A DNA stretch of 58,239 nucleotides from Alphaproteobacteria bacterium. Lineage in GTDB: Bacteria; Pseudomonadota; Alphaproteobacteria; UBA8317. The DNA lies in the NCBI GenBank assembly GCA_038131935.1, contig JAYPQH010000014.1, positions 1 to 58,239 of the forward strand, written 5' to 3'. Every line of letters starts with the position of its first letter. Position 1 is the first letter of the stretch. Under the pieces are notes generated by a model. That model was not told where the DNA came from and ran no database searches. It saw only the letters and a program-made list of their open reading frames with translations. This document shows, in pieces, positions 9,776-22,727 of this stretch. A program made the position numbers and the translations under genes.

Positions 9776-12096
9776 TTAACCGGATGAAGATGGACTGTCT
9801 ACGCGATCAGGCATTTGATGAACATAGAGATCTCTTTGTGGGTATGGAATTTTTATTTTATGCTGTGCGAAAAGCTTGTTGATCTCGAAGCGCAGGTCTG
9901 AGGCCACGCCAAGGCTGTTGGAGTAGTCTAGAATGAAGCAGCGTAGAGAAAAATTGAGACTGGACTCAGCAAAATCAACGAAAAACACAGATGGTTGAGG
10001 CAACGGCTGTACCAAAGGATGGTTGTGAGCAACTTGAAGTAAGAGATCACGTACCTGCTCAGGGTCGCTATCATAAGCCACACCAATATTGACAATCACC
10101 CGGCCTTGTTTGGACTTGTAAAACCAATTTACAACAGGTTGAGAGATCAGTTCCGCGTTGGGAATGATGACAGATGATCTGTCAAAAGTTGTGATCTCTG
10201 TTGCACGTACATTAACCTTTTGGACGTATCCTTCGTAATTTCCAGCAACAATCCAGTCTCCTACTTTAATGGGCCGTTCTGCGAGCAATATCAAACCAGA
10301 AACAAAGTTATTAACGATATTTTGTAGGCCAAAACCAATGCCAACCGTGAGCGCAGAAGCAATCAATGCAAAGCTCGATAAATTGATTCCAGAATAACTC
10401 AACGCAAGCAAAAACGCGATAATATAACCTACATAGCCGACAGTTTGCCTGAGAGAGTCTTGTGCTGAGCGATCAAGAGGCGTGCGCGGAAGCACATTAT
10501 TGCCAAGAAACTGTTTCAGGCTATTGGTCAATGCTATCACCAGCATAAAGATGGCAAATCCAATAAAAATTGACAGCAATGAGATTTGATAGCCCGCGAT
10601 ATTGACCCCTACAATCATATCGCTAATCACGGCAGCTAGGTATTCCCCAGGTCCTCCATATAAGCGTGAGACACCAAGGGAGACCAAGGTAATCAAGATG
10701 ATATCAGCAAGAAGGACAAAAAGCTGCCATGTGCCAGATGATGCCGCAAACTTTGGAGAATTTTGGCCTATTCTCCCCACAATCCATGACGAGCCATCAT
10801 GCACAAAGTGATACAAAATAGCTAAGATGGAAAGGAGTATCACGCTGTCCAAAATGGTTGCTGATACATTGGGAAGTCCAGCCAACACCAAGATGATAGA
10901 CGCAAGTCCTAGGGCTTGAACAAAAAACTTAAGAAACAAATGGGAAAGAGATGGAATGGGCTGTTCTTCTTGTGTCGTTGTTTTTGTGGTTATCCACGCA
11001 AGACTCATCAGGGATATGCCTGCTGCACAGATAAGAAAACCTCTGGGAAGAGAGGCTGCAGAAATGTCGAGATTTAAAAGGTTAGTGTATCACCAGCGAT
11101 ATTGCCAACAGCCAACAAGGCAACCGTAAGGCTGGCGCGGGCATAAATCTTTTTTCTGTTCACATTTTGAAAAATTGTTGGTGAAAAATTTTCAATGTCA
11201 GGAGCAATGTAACTGCGCAAAATACCAGTTGCAAAATGAGCTAAGACGATTGTCCATAATATGCTTGCGACCAAGTCTTGCCCTTGTAAATTGAAGCCTT
11301 GGATGTTTTGTAGCAGCAAGAGTCCTATTTGATGTATCAACAGTACAGGCACCGTGCGAACCCCGAGCAATGCCAATTGATAGGGTATCTTCACATTACT
11401 GCTTGAAAGTTGAGTCAAGCTTTGAACAGTGCGCACCATGGCGCGGTTGCCAACATAAGTTGCAAGCATCAAGACGAACAGTATGGCGACGATAGCCATC
11501 GCAGGGTAAGTCTCGGTCATGATTTTTGTATCAGGGATTTGGCTCCAGACTTGTGGGTCGAGTGACCAGAACGCTTTCGAGAATGCGTGGGGTTGCTCAT
11601 CTAATAAATACCCCATGAAAGCCCCATATTCTTGCGCTGAAATTTCTTCCCTTGTTTGCTGAAGTTGGACGATCGCAAGTTTCATGCGCGAGATATTGGA
11701 TTTCAACAATGCTGCCTGATTGCTCAGCTCATTGCGTTCAGCCATCAATGCCGTGATAGCTTCTGTTTTCTTACTGTCGGTTGCATCATCAGTTTTGGGA
11801 GGCTCCCCTAAAGCTGAGAGCTTGGCTTCAACAAGAGATAGCTGTTGTTCTGCTTCCGTTTTTTGCGCAGTAATTTTTTCAATGACGTTGTTAAGATCTT
11901 TTTTAAGTGCTGCTACGGAGCTGCTCGGATTCATACCATTAGCGGCAAGGTAATTGAGTCGCCACCCAACAGAAGATGCCTCTATGGGACTTGACCATTT
12001 TTGAGGCTCATTTGCCCATGACTGTGGCGTGTTGTGCCACAGGAACAAAAAGGTAAAAAGCAGACTAATTTTTACAAGTATTTTATGTGTTTTCAT
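9776..12096 (-). CDS. Large MscS/MscK-like mechanosensitive channel with periplasmic coiled-coil N-domain; -1 frameshift at 11076-11079
   Basis: C-terminal ORF has GIGFGLQNIVNNFVSGLILLAERPIKVGD and IPYPQRDL. N-terminal ORF has a signal peptide, coiled coil and TM helices. One extra T (coding strand) fuses them as ...TFLNLDISAASLPRGF... Confidence 0.85.
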
Positions 12097-12140
12097 CTTA
12101 TCCTCAAGTACGGCTTGTCAGCTTCCGAGAGTCCAGTTAA

Positions 12141-13166
<1,026 letters not shown>

Positions 13167-13196
13167 AAAAGGCGGCTTTAAGCCGCCTTTTGTTTT
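13167..13196 (+). terminator. Hairpin/intrinsic terminator between mdh and sucC
   Basis: Perfect inverted repeat AAAAGGCGGCTT-t-AAGCCGCCTTTT followed by gtttt. Confidence 0.75.
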
Positions 13197-13252
13197 AGAA
13201 CCATGATGTGAGTAGTATATTTTGATCACGAAGAAAAAGGACGAAAGAGCTC

Positions 13253-14419
13253 ATGAACATTCACGAACATCAAGCCAAAGAACTTTTGGGTTCCTTTGGT
13301 GTCCCTGTGCCCAAGGGAAAAGCTGTCTATTCCGCCGAAGAAGCGCGCGCTGCGGCAGAGGAACTCGGAGGCCCAGTTTGGGTCGTTAAGGCTCAAATTC
13401 ATGCCGGCGGTCGTGGCAAAGGCGGCGGTGTCAAAGTCGTGCGTTCAGTCGACGAAGTCGTTGCTGAATTTGAGAGAATGATGGGCATGACATTGGTTAC
13501 CCATCAAACAGGTCCAGAGGGCAAACTCGTTCAGCGTGTCTATATTGAAGAGGGTTCCGCAATTGCGCGCGAGCTATACTTATCTGCACTTGTTGACCGT
13601 GCCACATCCCGTATTTCATTTATTGTTTCGACAGAAGGTGGAATGGATATTGAAGAGGTGGCTGCGTCCACTCCCGAAAAAATCCTTACCCTCGATATAG
13701 ATCCGGCAATGGGTTATCAACCATTTCATGGTCGGAAGGTTGCATCTGAGCTCGGTTTGAGTGGCGCTCAGGTTAAGCAATGTGTCAAACTCATGGGCGC
13801 AATTTATGACTGTTTTGTCCAAAAAGATGCGAGTTTGTTGGAAATAAATCCCCTGGTTGTCACAGAAGCTGGAGATTTGGTTTGTCTTGATGCAAAAATG
13901 AATTTTGACACCAATGGTCTTTACAGGCAGCCTGAGATTATGTCCTTCCGTGACTTGAGCGAAGAAGACCCAGCAGAGGTTGTGGCCTCAGAACATGAAT
14001 TAAACTACGTGAAGTTGGATGGCACCATCGGGTGTATGGTGAACGGAGCCGGCCTGGCCATGGCAACAATGGATATCATTAAGCTGTATGGCGCAGAACC
14101 TGCAAATTTCCTTGATGTTGGTGGTAGTGCAACCAAAGAGCGTGTCACAGAAGCCTTTAAAATCATTTTATCCGATAAAAATGTTGAAGGTATTTTGGTG
14201 AATATCTTCGGTGGCATCATGCGTTGTGATATCATCGCTGACGGGGTTATCGCAGCGGCACGTACGTTGGATTTGAATGTACCTCTGGTGGTACGTTTGG
14301 AGGGGACCAATGTAGAACTTGGGAAGCAAATGATGGCCGAATCTGGGTTGGCTATTATTCCTGCAGACAATCTTGCTGATGCGGCTAAAAAGGTCGTTGA
14401 AGCCGTAAAAGGAGCATGA
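13253..14419 (+). CDS. sucC: Succinyl-CoA synthetase beta subunit
   Basis: [39 protein letters not shown] and [10 protein letters not shown]. Confidence 0.98.
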   Translation: MNIHEHQAKELLGSFGVPVPKGKAVYSAEEARAAAEELGGPVWVVKAQIHAGGRGKGGGVKVVRSVDEVVAEFERMMGMTLVTHQTGPEGKLVQRVYIEEGSAIARELYLSALVDRATSRISFIVSTEGGMDIEEVAASTPEKILTLDIDPAMGYQPFHGRKVASELGLSGAQVKQCVKLMGAIYDCFVQKDASLLEINPLVVTEAGDLVCLDAKMNFDTNGLYRQPEIMSFRDLSEEDPAEVVASEHELNYVKLDGTIGCMVNGAGLAMATMDIIKLYGAEPANFLDVGGSATKERVTEAFKIILSDKNVEGILVNIFGGIMRCDIIADGVIAAARTLDLNVPLVVRLEGTNVELGKQMMAESGLAIIPADNLADAAKKVVEAVKGA

Positions 14420-14422
14420 ATT

Positions 14423-15304
14423 ATGGCTGTTTTGGTCAACAAAGATACCCGTGTAATTTGCCAAGGGTTCACGGGATCTCAAGGAACATTTCATTCTGAG
14501 CAAGCCATTGCGTATGGCACCAAAATGGTTGGTGGGGTTACACCAGGCAAGGGTGGATCAAAGCATCTTGATTTGCCTGTATTTGACACTGTTCATGAAG
14601 CACGCGCTGAAACTGAAGCCAATGCGTCAGTGATATATGTGCCACCACCTTTTGCTGCAGATGCTATTTGCGAAGCCATAGATGCGGGCATCGAACTGGT
14701 TGTTTGTATCACTGAGGGAATTCCTGTTGTCGATATGATCCGTGTGAAACGCGCACTGACAGGGTCAAATAGTCGTCTTATAGGCCCTAACTGCCCAGGT
14801 GTTATCACGCCAGGTGAGTGTAAGATTGGTATTATGCCAGGGCACATCCATAAGAGGGGTAACGTAGGAATTGTCTCGCGTTCTGGAACGCTTACATATG
14901 AGGCTGTGGCGCAAACAACTGCTGCAGGCTTGGGTCAATCTACTTGTATTGGTATTGGGGGTGCCCCGGTAAATGGAACCAATTTTATTGATGCACTTGA
15001 TCTATTCCTACATGACGATGAAACCCAATCCATCATTATGATTGGAGAAATTGGTGGGTCAGCTGAAGAAGAGGCTGCTGCCTTTTTGAAAGCGTCTCCG
15101 ATCAAGAAGCCAATGGTAGGATTTATCGCTGGTGCTACGGCTCCTCCTGGCCGTCGTATGGGGCATGCTGGTGCTATTATTGCAGGTGGTAAAGGTGATG
15201 CTGGCTCAAAACAAGCAGCGATGCGTGATGCTGGAATCCGGGTTGCGGACTCGCCTGCCGCATTAGGTGAAACATTGGTTGCCTTGCTTGCAGATAGAGC
15301 ATGA
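14423..15304 (+). CDS. sucD: Succinyl-CoA synthetase alpha subunit
   Basis: [30 protein letters not shown] and MGHAGA (phospho-His). Confidence 0.98.
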   Translation: MAVLVNKDTRVICQGFTGSQGTFHSEQAIAYGTKMVGGVTPGKGGSKHLDLPVFDTVHEARAETEANASVIYVPPPFAADAICEAIDAGIELVVCITEGIPVVDMIRVKRALTGSNSRLIGPNCPGVITPGECKIGIMPGHIHKRGNVGIVSRSGTLTYEAVAQTTAAGLGQSTCIGIGGAPVNGTNFIDALDLFLHDDETQSIIMIGEIGGSAEEEAAAFLKASPIKKPMVGFIAGATAPPGRRMGHAGAIIAGGKGDAGSKQAAMRDAGIRVADSPAALGETLVALLADRA

Positions 15305-15328
15305 GCCATTTGTAGCTTTGATGATGGC

Positions 15329-15350
15329 CGCGGCGGGTTGTCCCGCCGCG
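15329..15350 (+). terminator. GC-rich stem-loop in the sucD-sucA spacer (terminator or mRNA-stabilising hairpin)
   Basis: CGCGGCGGG-ttgt-CCCGCCGCG perfect stem; the T-run is ~10 nt away. Confidence 0.5.
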
Positions 15351-15434
15351 AGGTCTAGACTTTTTGCCTGGTACATCGGCATAGTAAAATAGAAAATTAC
15401 CTTGGGGATCAGCAGGATAGCTGGAAGCATAGTG

Positions 15435-18368
15435 ATGGATAATGATCTAACGAATAGCGATTTACTCAACACCAGTTTTCTAGATGGAGCAAATGCAACT
15501 TATTTGCAAAAGTTGCAGGATCAGTATCAACAAAACCCACATTCTGTAGATCCAGAAGTTCAAGCATTTTTCGAAAAGTTGGGTGACAGTGCAGATGATG
15601 TGCATCATGCGGCTGATGCGGCACCTTGGCGACGTAAAGATGCGGTGGTTCGGGGTGACACGTCTTTGTTGGCCGACCTAGGTGACTTTGCGGCCATAGA
15701 ACAAGTCATTGAGCAAAAAATCGCTGCACGTGAACCTGCGAAAAATGTACAAGATATTCGTGCACAGGTTCTGGATTCTATTCGAGCCATCATGATGATT
15801 CGTGCATACCGCGTCCGTGGCCATTTTAAGGCAAAGCTTGACCCTCTAGGCCTTGAGCAAGAGGGGCAGCATGAAGAGCTTATGCCCTCAAGCTATGGAT
15901 TTGGCCCTGAGGACATGGATCGGGAGATTTATCTTGATTTTGTCCTAGGGTTGGAGACTGCCACAATTAATGAAATGGTGGCATTGCTTGAGCGTACCTA
16001 CTGCTCAACACTTGGTGTTGAGTTCATGCATATTTCTGATCCTGCTCAAAAGGCATGGATTCAAGAACGTATTGAAGGGCGAGATAAGGAAATACATTTT
16101 ACGCCCGAAGGAAAAAAAGCCATCTTGAACAAGCTTGTCGAGGCGGAGGGCTTTGAAAAGTTTTTGCATGTTAAATATACGGGCACAAAACGTTTTGGTC
16201 TCGATGGTGGGGAGGCATTGATACCTGCTTTAGAGCAAATCATCAAACGAGGTGGAAACTTAGGTGTTCGTGAAGTTGTTCTGGGCATGCCGCATAGAGG
16301 ACGTTTGAATGTGCTCGCGAATGTCATGGGCAAACCATACCGCGCCATCTTGAATGAGTTTCAAGGAGGGTCATTCAAGCCAGAAGAAATTGGTGGCTCT
16401 GGAGATGTAAAATACCATTTGGGTAGTTCATCAGATCGTGAATTTGATGGCAATGTTGTGCACCTGTCACTTGCCGCCAATCCTTCCCACTTGGAAGCTG
16501 TTGATCCTGTGGTTTTAGGTAAAGCGCGGGCCAAACAAGATCGGTATGAGCGAGATAGGAGTAAGGTGATTCCAGTGCTCATGCATGGGGATGCGGCATT
16601 TGCTGGTCAGGGAATTGTTGCGGAATGTCTTGGGCTATCAGGGCTAGCTGGTTACAAATCAGGCGGAACAATTCATTTGATCGTAAATAATCAAATAGGT
16701 TTTACCACCGCACCCAAATATTCCCGTTCATCGCGCTATCCATGTGATGTTGCGAAGATGGTCGATGCTCCTATCTTTCACGTCAATGGTGATGATCCAG
16801 AGGCTGTTGTGCATGCCGCTAAAGTGGCCACAGAATTCCGGCAGCAATTTGGTAAAGATGTAGTTGTAGATATGTTTTGTTATCGCCGTTTTGGGCATAA
16901 CGAGGGTGATGAGCCGAGCTTCACGCAACCTATCATGTATAGAAAAATTCGTCGGCAACCAACAACAGCTGAAATTTATGGTTCGCGGCTTGTTGCAGAG
17001 GGCCTGATCAGTGAAACAGAACTGAGTGCAACCAAAGAGGCATTTCAAGATTTGATGGCTGCAGAATTTGATGCTGCTCAAGGTTACAGGCCTAACGCTG
17101 CAGATTGGTTGCAGGGAAAGTGGAAGAAAATGCGGGTTGCCGAAGATGGTGACCGTAGGGGTCATACACCTGTTGATCTGGAGAATCTCAAGAGTCTGGG
17201 GCGTAGTCTGACAGCTATCCCAGATGGCTTTGAGGCGCACCGCACTGTCAAAAGGCTGCTTGAAGCCAAGAAACGAATGTTTGAAACAGAAGAAGGTTTT
17301 GATTGGGCAACGGCTGAGGCGTTAGCTTTCGCGACCTTGCTAGATGAGGGTTTTAACGTGCGGTTATCAGGACAAGATAGCTGTCGTGGAACCTTCTCCC
17401 AACGGCATTCCAAGTTGGTAGATCAAAATACAGAGGAAGATTATTTTCCACTTGCGCATTTGCATGACAAGCAGGGGCGTTTTGAAGTGATTGACTCCAT
17501 GCTCTCGGAATATGCAGTGCTAGGTTTCGAATATGGATATTCTTGGGAAGAGCCTAACTCCTTAACCATGTGGGAGGCGCAATTTGGCGATTTTGCCAAT
17601 GGTGCCCAAGTCATTGTTGACCAATTTGTCGCTTCTGCGGAAACCAAGTGGTTGCGGATGTCCGGGCTGGTTATGCTGTTACCTCATGGTTATGAAGGAC
17701 AAGGACCAGAACATTCTTCTGCGCGTTTGGAACGATATTTACAGATGTGCGCTGAAGATAACATTCAGGTCGCAAATTGTACCACACCTGCTAATTATTT
17801 TCACATTTTGCGCCGACAAATGATGCGTGACTTTAGAAAGCCGCTTGTTTTGATGACGCCCAAAAGTCTTCTTAGGCACCGTAGATGTACATCAACATTA
17901 CAAGAAATGGGACCTGGAACGTCTTTCCATCGGTTGCTTGATGATGATGCCCAAAGGGGCCAGTCATCAACAAAGTTGGTCGCCGACAAAAAAATAAAGC
18001 GTCTGGTTCTCTGTACTGGTAAGGTCTATTATGATCTGTTAGAGGCGCGAGAAGCAGCCAATATTGATGATGTCTATTTGTTACGGGTCGAGCAGCTTTA
18101 TCCGGTTCCGACCATAGCGTTGCAAAAAGAACTGGCTCGGTTTCCAGATGCTGAGGTGATTTGGTGTCAAGAGGAGCCAAAAAATATGGGTGCATGGAGC
18201 TTCATTGATCCCTACTTAGAGGAATGTCTTGCTGACGTGAAGCATGCATGTGCACGTGCTAAGTTTGTGGGGCGCAAGGCATCTGCATCCACAGCAACAG
18301 GTTTGTTATCTGTTCATAAACTAGAGCAAGAAGCGCTTGTTTCAGAAGCTCTGGGCCTTAAAAATTAA
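15435..18368 (+). CDS. sucA: 2-oxoglutarate dehydrogenase E1
   Basis: [33 protein letters not shown] (ThDP motif), [16 protein letters not shown] and [12 protein letters not shown]. Confidence 0.98.
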   Translation: MDNDLTNSDLLNTSFLDGANATYLQKLQDQYQQNPHSVDPEVQAFFEKLGDSADDVHHAADAAPWRRKDAVVRGDTSLLADLGDFAAIEQVIEQKIAAREPAKNVQDIRAQVLDSIRAIMMIRAYRVRGHFKAKLDPLGLEQEGQHEELMPSSYGFGPEDMDREIYLDFVLGLETATINEMVALLERTYCSTLGVEFMHISDPAQKAWIQERIEGRDKEIHFTPEGKKAILNKLVEAEGFEKFLHVKYTGTKRFGLDGGEALIPALEQIIKRGGNLGVREVVLGMPHRGRLNVLANVMGKPYRAILNEFQGGSFKPEEIGGSGDVKYHLGSSSDREFDGNVVHLSLAANPSHLEAVDPVVLGKARAKQDRYERDRSKVIPVLMHGDAAFAGQGIVAECLGLSGLAGYKSGGTIHLIVNNQIGFTTAPKYSRSSRYPCDVAKMVDAPIFHVNGDDPEAVVHAAKVATEFRQQFGKDVVVDMFCYRRFGHNEGDEPSFTQPIMYRKIRRQPTTAEIYGSRLVAEGLISETELSATKEAFQDLMAAEFDAAQGYRPNAADWLQGKWKKMRVAEDGDRRGHTPVDLENLKSLGRSLTAIPDGFEAHRTVKRLLEAKKRMFETEEGFDWATAEALAFATLLDEGFNVRLSGQDSCRGTFSQRHSKLVDQNTEEDYFPLAHLHDKQGRFEVIDSMLSEYAVLGFEYGYSWEEPNSLTMWEAQFGDFANGAQVIVDQFVASAETKWLRMSGLVMLLPHGYEGQGPEHSSARLERYLQMCAEDNIQVANCTTPANYFHILRRQMMRDFRKPLVLMTPKSLLRHRRCTSTLQEMGPGTSFHRLLDDDAQRGQSSTKLVADKKIKRLVLCTGKVYYDLLEAREAANIDDVYLLRVEQLYPVPTIALQKELARFPDAEVIWCQEEPKNMGAWSFIDPYLEECLADVKHACARAKFVGRKASASTATGLLSVHKLEQEALVSEALGLKN

Positions 18369-18400
18369 AGATTGATCGCCAGGGATATTGGAGAAAAAAT

Positions 18401-19627
18401 ATGGCAGTCGAAATTCGCGTACCTGTGATGGGTGAGTCTGTAAGCGAAGGAAATATCAGCCAATGGTTGAAAAAGCCTGGGGAAATGGTTGCAGTAGATG
18501 AACCACTGGTAGAAATTGAAACGGACAAAGTTGCGGTTGAGGTCCCATCTCCTGTCGCAGGGGTGCTGGTTGAAATACTCGCCCAAGAAGGCGATACCGT
18601 CGAAATTGATGCTCTCTTGGCAACCATTGATGAGTCGGGCACCGCGTCTGTCGCGCAAGCCGCACCGAAGACTGATAACGCCTCGTCTTCAGTTTCAGCT
18701 CCTAAAATAGCAGAACAGCCTGGTGCCCAAGAAACCAAAGCGAGTCCAGCTGCACGCAAACATGCAGCTGATAACAACATCGATGTAGCGAATGTTACAG
18801 GCAGTGGGCGCGATGGGCGTGTGATGAAGCCCGATGTTTTGTCAGCGGTAGAAAAGATAGCTTCTGGTATAACGCCATCACCCGCTGTAACACCCGTGGC
18901 TCAGAATTCTGCTTCACGGCCGGAAGCCGCCCGCGAAGATCGTGTGAAAATGACACGGTTACGCGCGACGATCGCCAAGCGTTTGAAAGATGCCCAAAAT
19001 ACTGCTGCTATTTTGACAACCTTCAATGAGGTAGATCTTGGCGAAATCATGGCGCTGCGTTCGACCATGAAAGATGAGTTTGAGAAGCGTCATGGGGCGC
19101 GACTCGGATTTATGGGCTTTTTTGTCAAAGCCGCTATTGCTGCGTTGAGAGAAATCCCAGCTGTTAATGCTGAGATCGAAGGCCAAGAGATTGTTTACAA
19201 AAATTACTACAATATTGGTGTTGCGGTAGGCACGCCACAAGGCCTCGTGGTACCAGTGTTACGTGACGCTGATAAGATGACTCTAGGCGATGTAGAAAAT
19301 ACGATCGCGGCCTACGGACGCGCGGCACGCGATGGCAAACTATCGATTGCAGATATGCAAGGTGGTACATTCACGATTTCTAATGGAGGCGTTTATGGCT
19401 CTTTAATGTCCACGCCCATCATCAATCCTCCTCAATCTGCTATCTTGGGTATGCATAAGATCCAGCAACGTCCAATGGCGGTTAATGGGCAGGTAGAGAT
19501 ACGACCTATGATGTATCTGGCGCTGTCTTATGATCATAGGATCATTGATGGTAAGGAAGCCGTAACATTTTTGGTCCGCATGAAGGACATGCTTGAAGAT
19601 CCTAGGCGGATGCTTCTTGATCTGTAA
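18401..19627 (+). CDS. sucB: 2-oxoglutarate dehydrogenase E2, dihydrolipoamide succinyltransferase (odhB)
   Basis: Lipoyl ETDKV, E3-binding ASPAARK...GSGRDGRV and catalytic DHRIIDG. Confidence 0.98.
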   Translation: MAVEIRVPVMGESVSEGNISQWLKKPGEMVAVDEPLVEIETDKVAVEVPSPVAGVLVEILAQEGDTVEIDALLATIDESGTASVAQAAPKTDNASSSVSAPKIAEQPGAQETKASPAARKHAADNNIDVANVTGSGRDGRVMKPDVLSAVEKIASGITPSPAVTPVAQNSASRPEAAREDRVKMTRLRATIAKRLKDAQNTAAILTTFNEVDLGEIMALRSTMKDEFEKRHGARLGFMGFFVKAAIAALREIPAVNAEIEGQEIVYKNYYNIGVAVGTPQGLVVPVLRDADKMTLGDVENTIAAYGRAARDGKLSIADMQGGTFTISNGGVYGSLMSTPIINPPQSAILGMHKIQQRPMAVNGQVEIRPMMYLALSYDHRIIDGKEAVTFLVRMKDMLEDPRRMLLDL

Positions 19628-19653
19628 TCATCGATAGAGAGGAACAAAGAGTA

Positions 19654-21057
19654 ATGGCACAAGTATTTGACCTTGCTGTTATTGGCGGTGGACCAGGCGG
19701 ATATGTGGCGGCGATAAGAGCTGCCCAGCTTGGTTTGAAGGTAGCATGTATTGATAAAAGAGGTCGCTATGGTGGAACCTGCCTTAATGTTGGTTGTATC
19801 CCCTCGAAAGCTCTGCTGCATACCTCAGAGCTTTTCCATGCAAGCCAGCATGAATTCGCTCATTTGGGAATAAATGTGAAACCTTCTCTCAATATCGACC
19901 AAATGATGGGGCACAAAACCCAAAAGGTTGATGAGCTGACGAAAGGCATCGATTTTCTTTTAAAAAAGAACAAGGTGACTCCCTTTGCTGCAGCTGCAAG
20001 GTTCGTGGATGAGCATCACCTTGAACTTACCTCAGATGATGGCTCTACCTCTACAATAGAGGCCAAGAACATACTGATTGCTACAGGGTCTGCCCCAGCG
20101 CCATTGCCTGATGTGGCTTTTGACGAGGAGGTTATTGTTTCATCTACAGGTGCGCTATCTTTATCTTCGGTTCCCCAAAAAATGGTGGTCGTAGGTGCTG
20201 GTTATATTGGTCTTGAATTAGGGTCTGTTTGGCAAAGGTTGGGAAGCGATGTCACAGTTGTGGAGTTTCTTGATCGGGTTACCCCTGGTATGGATGGAGA
20301 AATATCCAAACAGTTTCAGAAAGTTCTTGCCAAGCAGGGTATGAAATTTTCAATGGCAACAAAAGTAATATCCGTAGCGCGTGAAGGTGATAAAGCCAAA
20401 GTTGTTGTGCAGCCTCGGGATGGAGGTGAAGAGCAGATACTTAAGCCTGATGTTGTGCTCATTTCTATCGGCCGTATCCCCTATACAGAAGGTCTTGGGC
20501 TGGAAACTGTTGGGGTGGCTTGTGATGAAAAAGGCCGGATCAAGACAAATGGGCATCTGGTGACGAATATACCGCATATTTATGCTATTGGTGATGTCAT
20601 CGATGGTCCTATGCTTGCGCATAAAGCTGAGGAAGAAGGTGTTGCGGTGGCAGAGCAGCTTGCCGGTCAATCTGGTCATGTCAATTATAACGTTATCCCG
20701 GGGGTGGTTTACACCTCACCAGAGGTCGCGACGGTTGGTCGTACTGAGGAGCAACTGAAGGCTGATAACGTGGACTACAAAGTCGGAAAGTTTCCGTTTG
20801 CAGCCAACTCACGAGCCAAGATTAATCATGGTGGTGAAGGTTTTGTCAAAATACTCGCAGATGCAAAGACAGATGAAATTCTAGGTGTTCATATGATGGG
20901 GCCTGATGTTGGCACCATGATTGGTGAATTGGCGTTAGCTATGGAGTTTGGTGCTTCAGCAGAAGACGTTGCACGTACATGTCATGCCCATCCCACATTG
21001 AGTGAAGCTATTAAGGAAGCTGCGTTGGCCGTGGATGCACGTGCCATTCATGCATGA
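19654..21057 (+). CDS. lpdA: Dihydrolipoamide dehydrogenase
   Basis: GGGPGGY, GGTCLNVGCIPSK, GAGYIG and HAHPTLSE. Confidence 0.98.
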   Translation: MAQVFDLAVIGGGPGGYVAAIRAAQLGLKVACIDKRGRYGGTCLNVGCIPSKALLHTSELFHASQHEFAHLGINVKPSLNIDQMMGHKTQKVDELTKGIDFLLKKNKVTPFAAAARFVDEHHLELTSDDGSTSTIEAKNILIATGSAPAPLPDVAFDEEVIVSSTGALSLSSVPQKMVVVGAGYIGLELGSVWQRLGSDVTVVEFLDRVTPGMDGEISKQFQKVLAKQGMKFSMATKVISVAREGDKAKVVVQPRDGGEEQILKPDVVLISIGRIPYTEGLGLETVGVACDEKGRIKTNGHLVTNIPHIYAIGDVIDGPMLAHKAEEEGVAVAEQLAGQSGHVNYNVIPGVVYTSPEVATVGRTEEQLKADNVDYKVGKFPFAANSRAKINHGGEGFVKILADAKTDEILGVHMMGPDVGTMIGELALAMEFGASAEDVARTCHAHPTLSEAIKEAALAVDARAIHA

Positions 21058-21061
21058 TCTT

Positions 21062-22015
21062 TTAGCCCTCCACTGGTTTGGTACGTCCTCTTGGGTGGAA
21101 TGTTGCTAAAGCGTGTCGTTTGTTGGTCATGTCAACATGGGTATATATTTGTGTGGCGGCCAGGCTTTCATGGCCGAGCAATTGCTGAATTTTGCGTAAG
21201 TCGCCACCTGAATGTAACAACGCCGTAGCGAAACTGTGGCGTAGAGCGTGGGGGGTAATGTCGTCAGAGAGGCCGAGCAGAATACGAGCATTCTCGACAA
21301 GACGTTGTGGAATGCGTGGGTTTAGTCTTTTGCCACGTTTGCCTAAGAAAATGGGATCGCGAGGATGGGTGCCCCAAACGGTTGTCTGGCACAATTTTTC
21401 ATACAATTGTTGGCTCAGGGGAAGGCAAGGAACAAGGCGATCTTTTTGACCTTTTCCTCGCACATGGATTTGATGTCGACCCCAATCAATATGGTCCAGT
21501 CCAAGGGCTTCAGAAATGCGCAGGCCCGATCCAAGCAACAAACTTATCAATAGGGCGTCACGAATGGCAACCCAATCATCAAGTTGGGAGAAAATACCCA
21601 TGAACAGTTTTATTTGCTCACTATTCAGGGCCCTTGGCAATGGTTGGGGTAATCGCGGTCGGTCCAGATGGTCAGCGGGGTTGGTTTGGATAATATTCTC
21701 TGCATGTAGATAGGCGAAGAAATTATTAATTACGCTGAGTTTTACGGAGATTGTTCTCGCGCCCCATCCCTTTTGTCGGCCATGCGAAAGAAAGGCACGC
21801 AACTGATCGGCTGTTATTCGCTCAAATTTTTCATGTCCGTGCTCGCTGTTATGTATCCAGCGCAACAGTTGGGTGACAGTTGTGACATATGTATTCAGGC
21901 TATGCTGAGAAAGTCCGGCCGCGGCAAGGTGCCGCTGCCAGCTTTCAAGTACAGATACATATTCCAGCGGTGGGATGAAATCAGAGTTCTTGGCCACCAG
22001 CACGTTGCCAATCAT
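21062..22015 (-). CDS. xerC: Chromosomal tyrosine recombinase XerC
   Basis: Full catalytic set GLRISE, GKGQKDR, HALRHS, LLGH and TQIYTH. The lpdA-xerC-tal-priA context is typical of Alphaproteobacteria. Confidence 0.88.
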   Translation of the reverse strand: MIGNVLVAKNSDFIPPLEYVSVLESWQRHLAAAGLSQHSLNTYVTTVTQLLRWIHNSEHGHEKFERITADQLRAFLSHGRQKGWGARTISVKLSVINNFFAYLHAENIIQTNPADHLDRPRLPQPLPRALNSEQIKLFMGIFSQLDDWVAIRDALLISLLLGSGLRISEALGLDHIDWGRHQIHVRGKGQKDRLVPCLPLSQQLYEKLCQTTVWGTHPRDPIFLGKRGKRLNPRIPQRLVENARILLGLSDDITPHALRHSFATALLHSGGDLRKIQQLLGHESLAATQIYTHVDMTNKRHALATFHPRGRTKPVEG

Positions 22016-22634
22016 CTAAGAATTGTTCGAGACCTGCCTGGGTAAGCGGGTGGTGTAATAGTGCATCAAACAGCTTTGGCGGTATGGTGACAATATGTGC
22101 TCCCGCCTTCGCGGCGCCGAGAACATGCTCCGTATGTCTAATGGACGCTGCGAGGACCTCTGTTTGCATGTCATGAAGGTCAAACAGCTCTGCAATGTCT
22201 TGAATGAGGTCCATTCCATGGAGGCCAATATCATCAAGTCGACCAACAAAAGGTGAAACAAATGTAGCACCTGCTCGCGCTGCCATCATGGCTTGCATTG
22301 GTGAAAAACATAGGGTGACATTCACCATAATACCTTGTTGGGATAAGGTATGGCAGGCTGTGAGACCATCCTTTGTTAAGGGAAGTTTTACGGCAACATG
22401 ATCTGCGATTTCAGCGAGAAGCCGGCCCTGGCGCACCATGTTTTCGGTATCAACCGCGGTAACCTCAGCACTTACCGGCCCATCAATAATATCGCAAATT
22501 TCTGCAATAACATCAGTAATACGGCGACCTGTCTTTGCAATAAGTGATGGGTTTGTGGTTACGCCATCAAGGCGGTGGGTCTTATGAAGTTCGCGGATGA
22601 GTTCAACATCAGCTGTATCGGCAAAAAATTGCAT
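21981..22634 (-). CDS. tal: Transaldolase / fructose-6-phosphate aldolase family (clean copy)
   Basis: FFADTA, GVTTNPSL, VKLP Schiff-base Lys, NVTLCFS, SPFVGRLDD and LAASIR. Confidence 0.93.
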   Translation of the reverse strand: MQFFADTADVELIRELHKTHRLDGVTTNPSLIAKTGRRITDVIAEICDIIDGPVSAEVTAVDTENMVRQGRLLAEIADHVAVKLPLTKDGLTACHTLSQQGIMVNVTLCFSPMQAMMAARAGATFVSPFVGRLDDIGLHGMDLIQDIAELFDLHDMQTEVLAASIRHTEHVLGAAKAGAHIVTIPPKLFDALLHHPLTQAGLEQFLDDWQRAGGQEL

Positions 22635-22727
22635 GGATAATATCCTTCTGTCATATCAAATAGGGCCAAGGTCTTGCTCCTACTACATAATAGGTTGACC
22701 TTATACTGTCACGGTTAAGGTTGTTAG

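Noticed and set aside
21062-22015. Tyrosine recombinase as the integrase/invertase of a mobile element causing the inversion
   Set aside because: It is the housekeeping XerC in its usual lpdA-xerC-tal-priA context. The repeat ends inside it only because the window ends, and I saw no att or dif-like sites or cargo genes.
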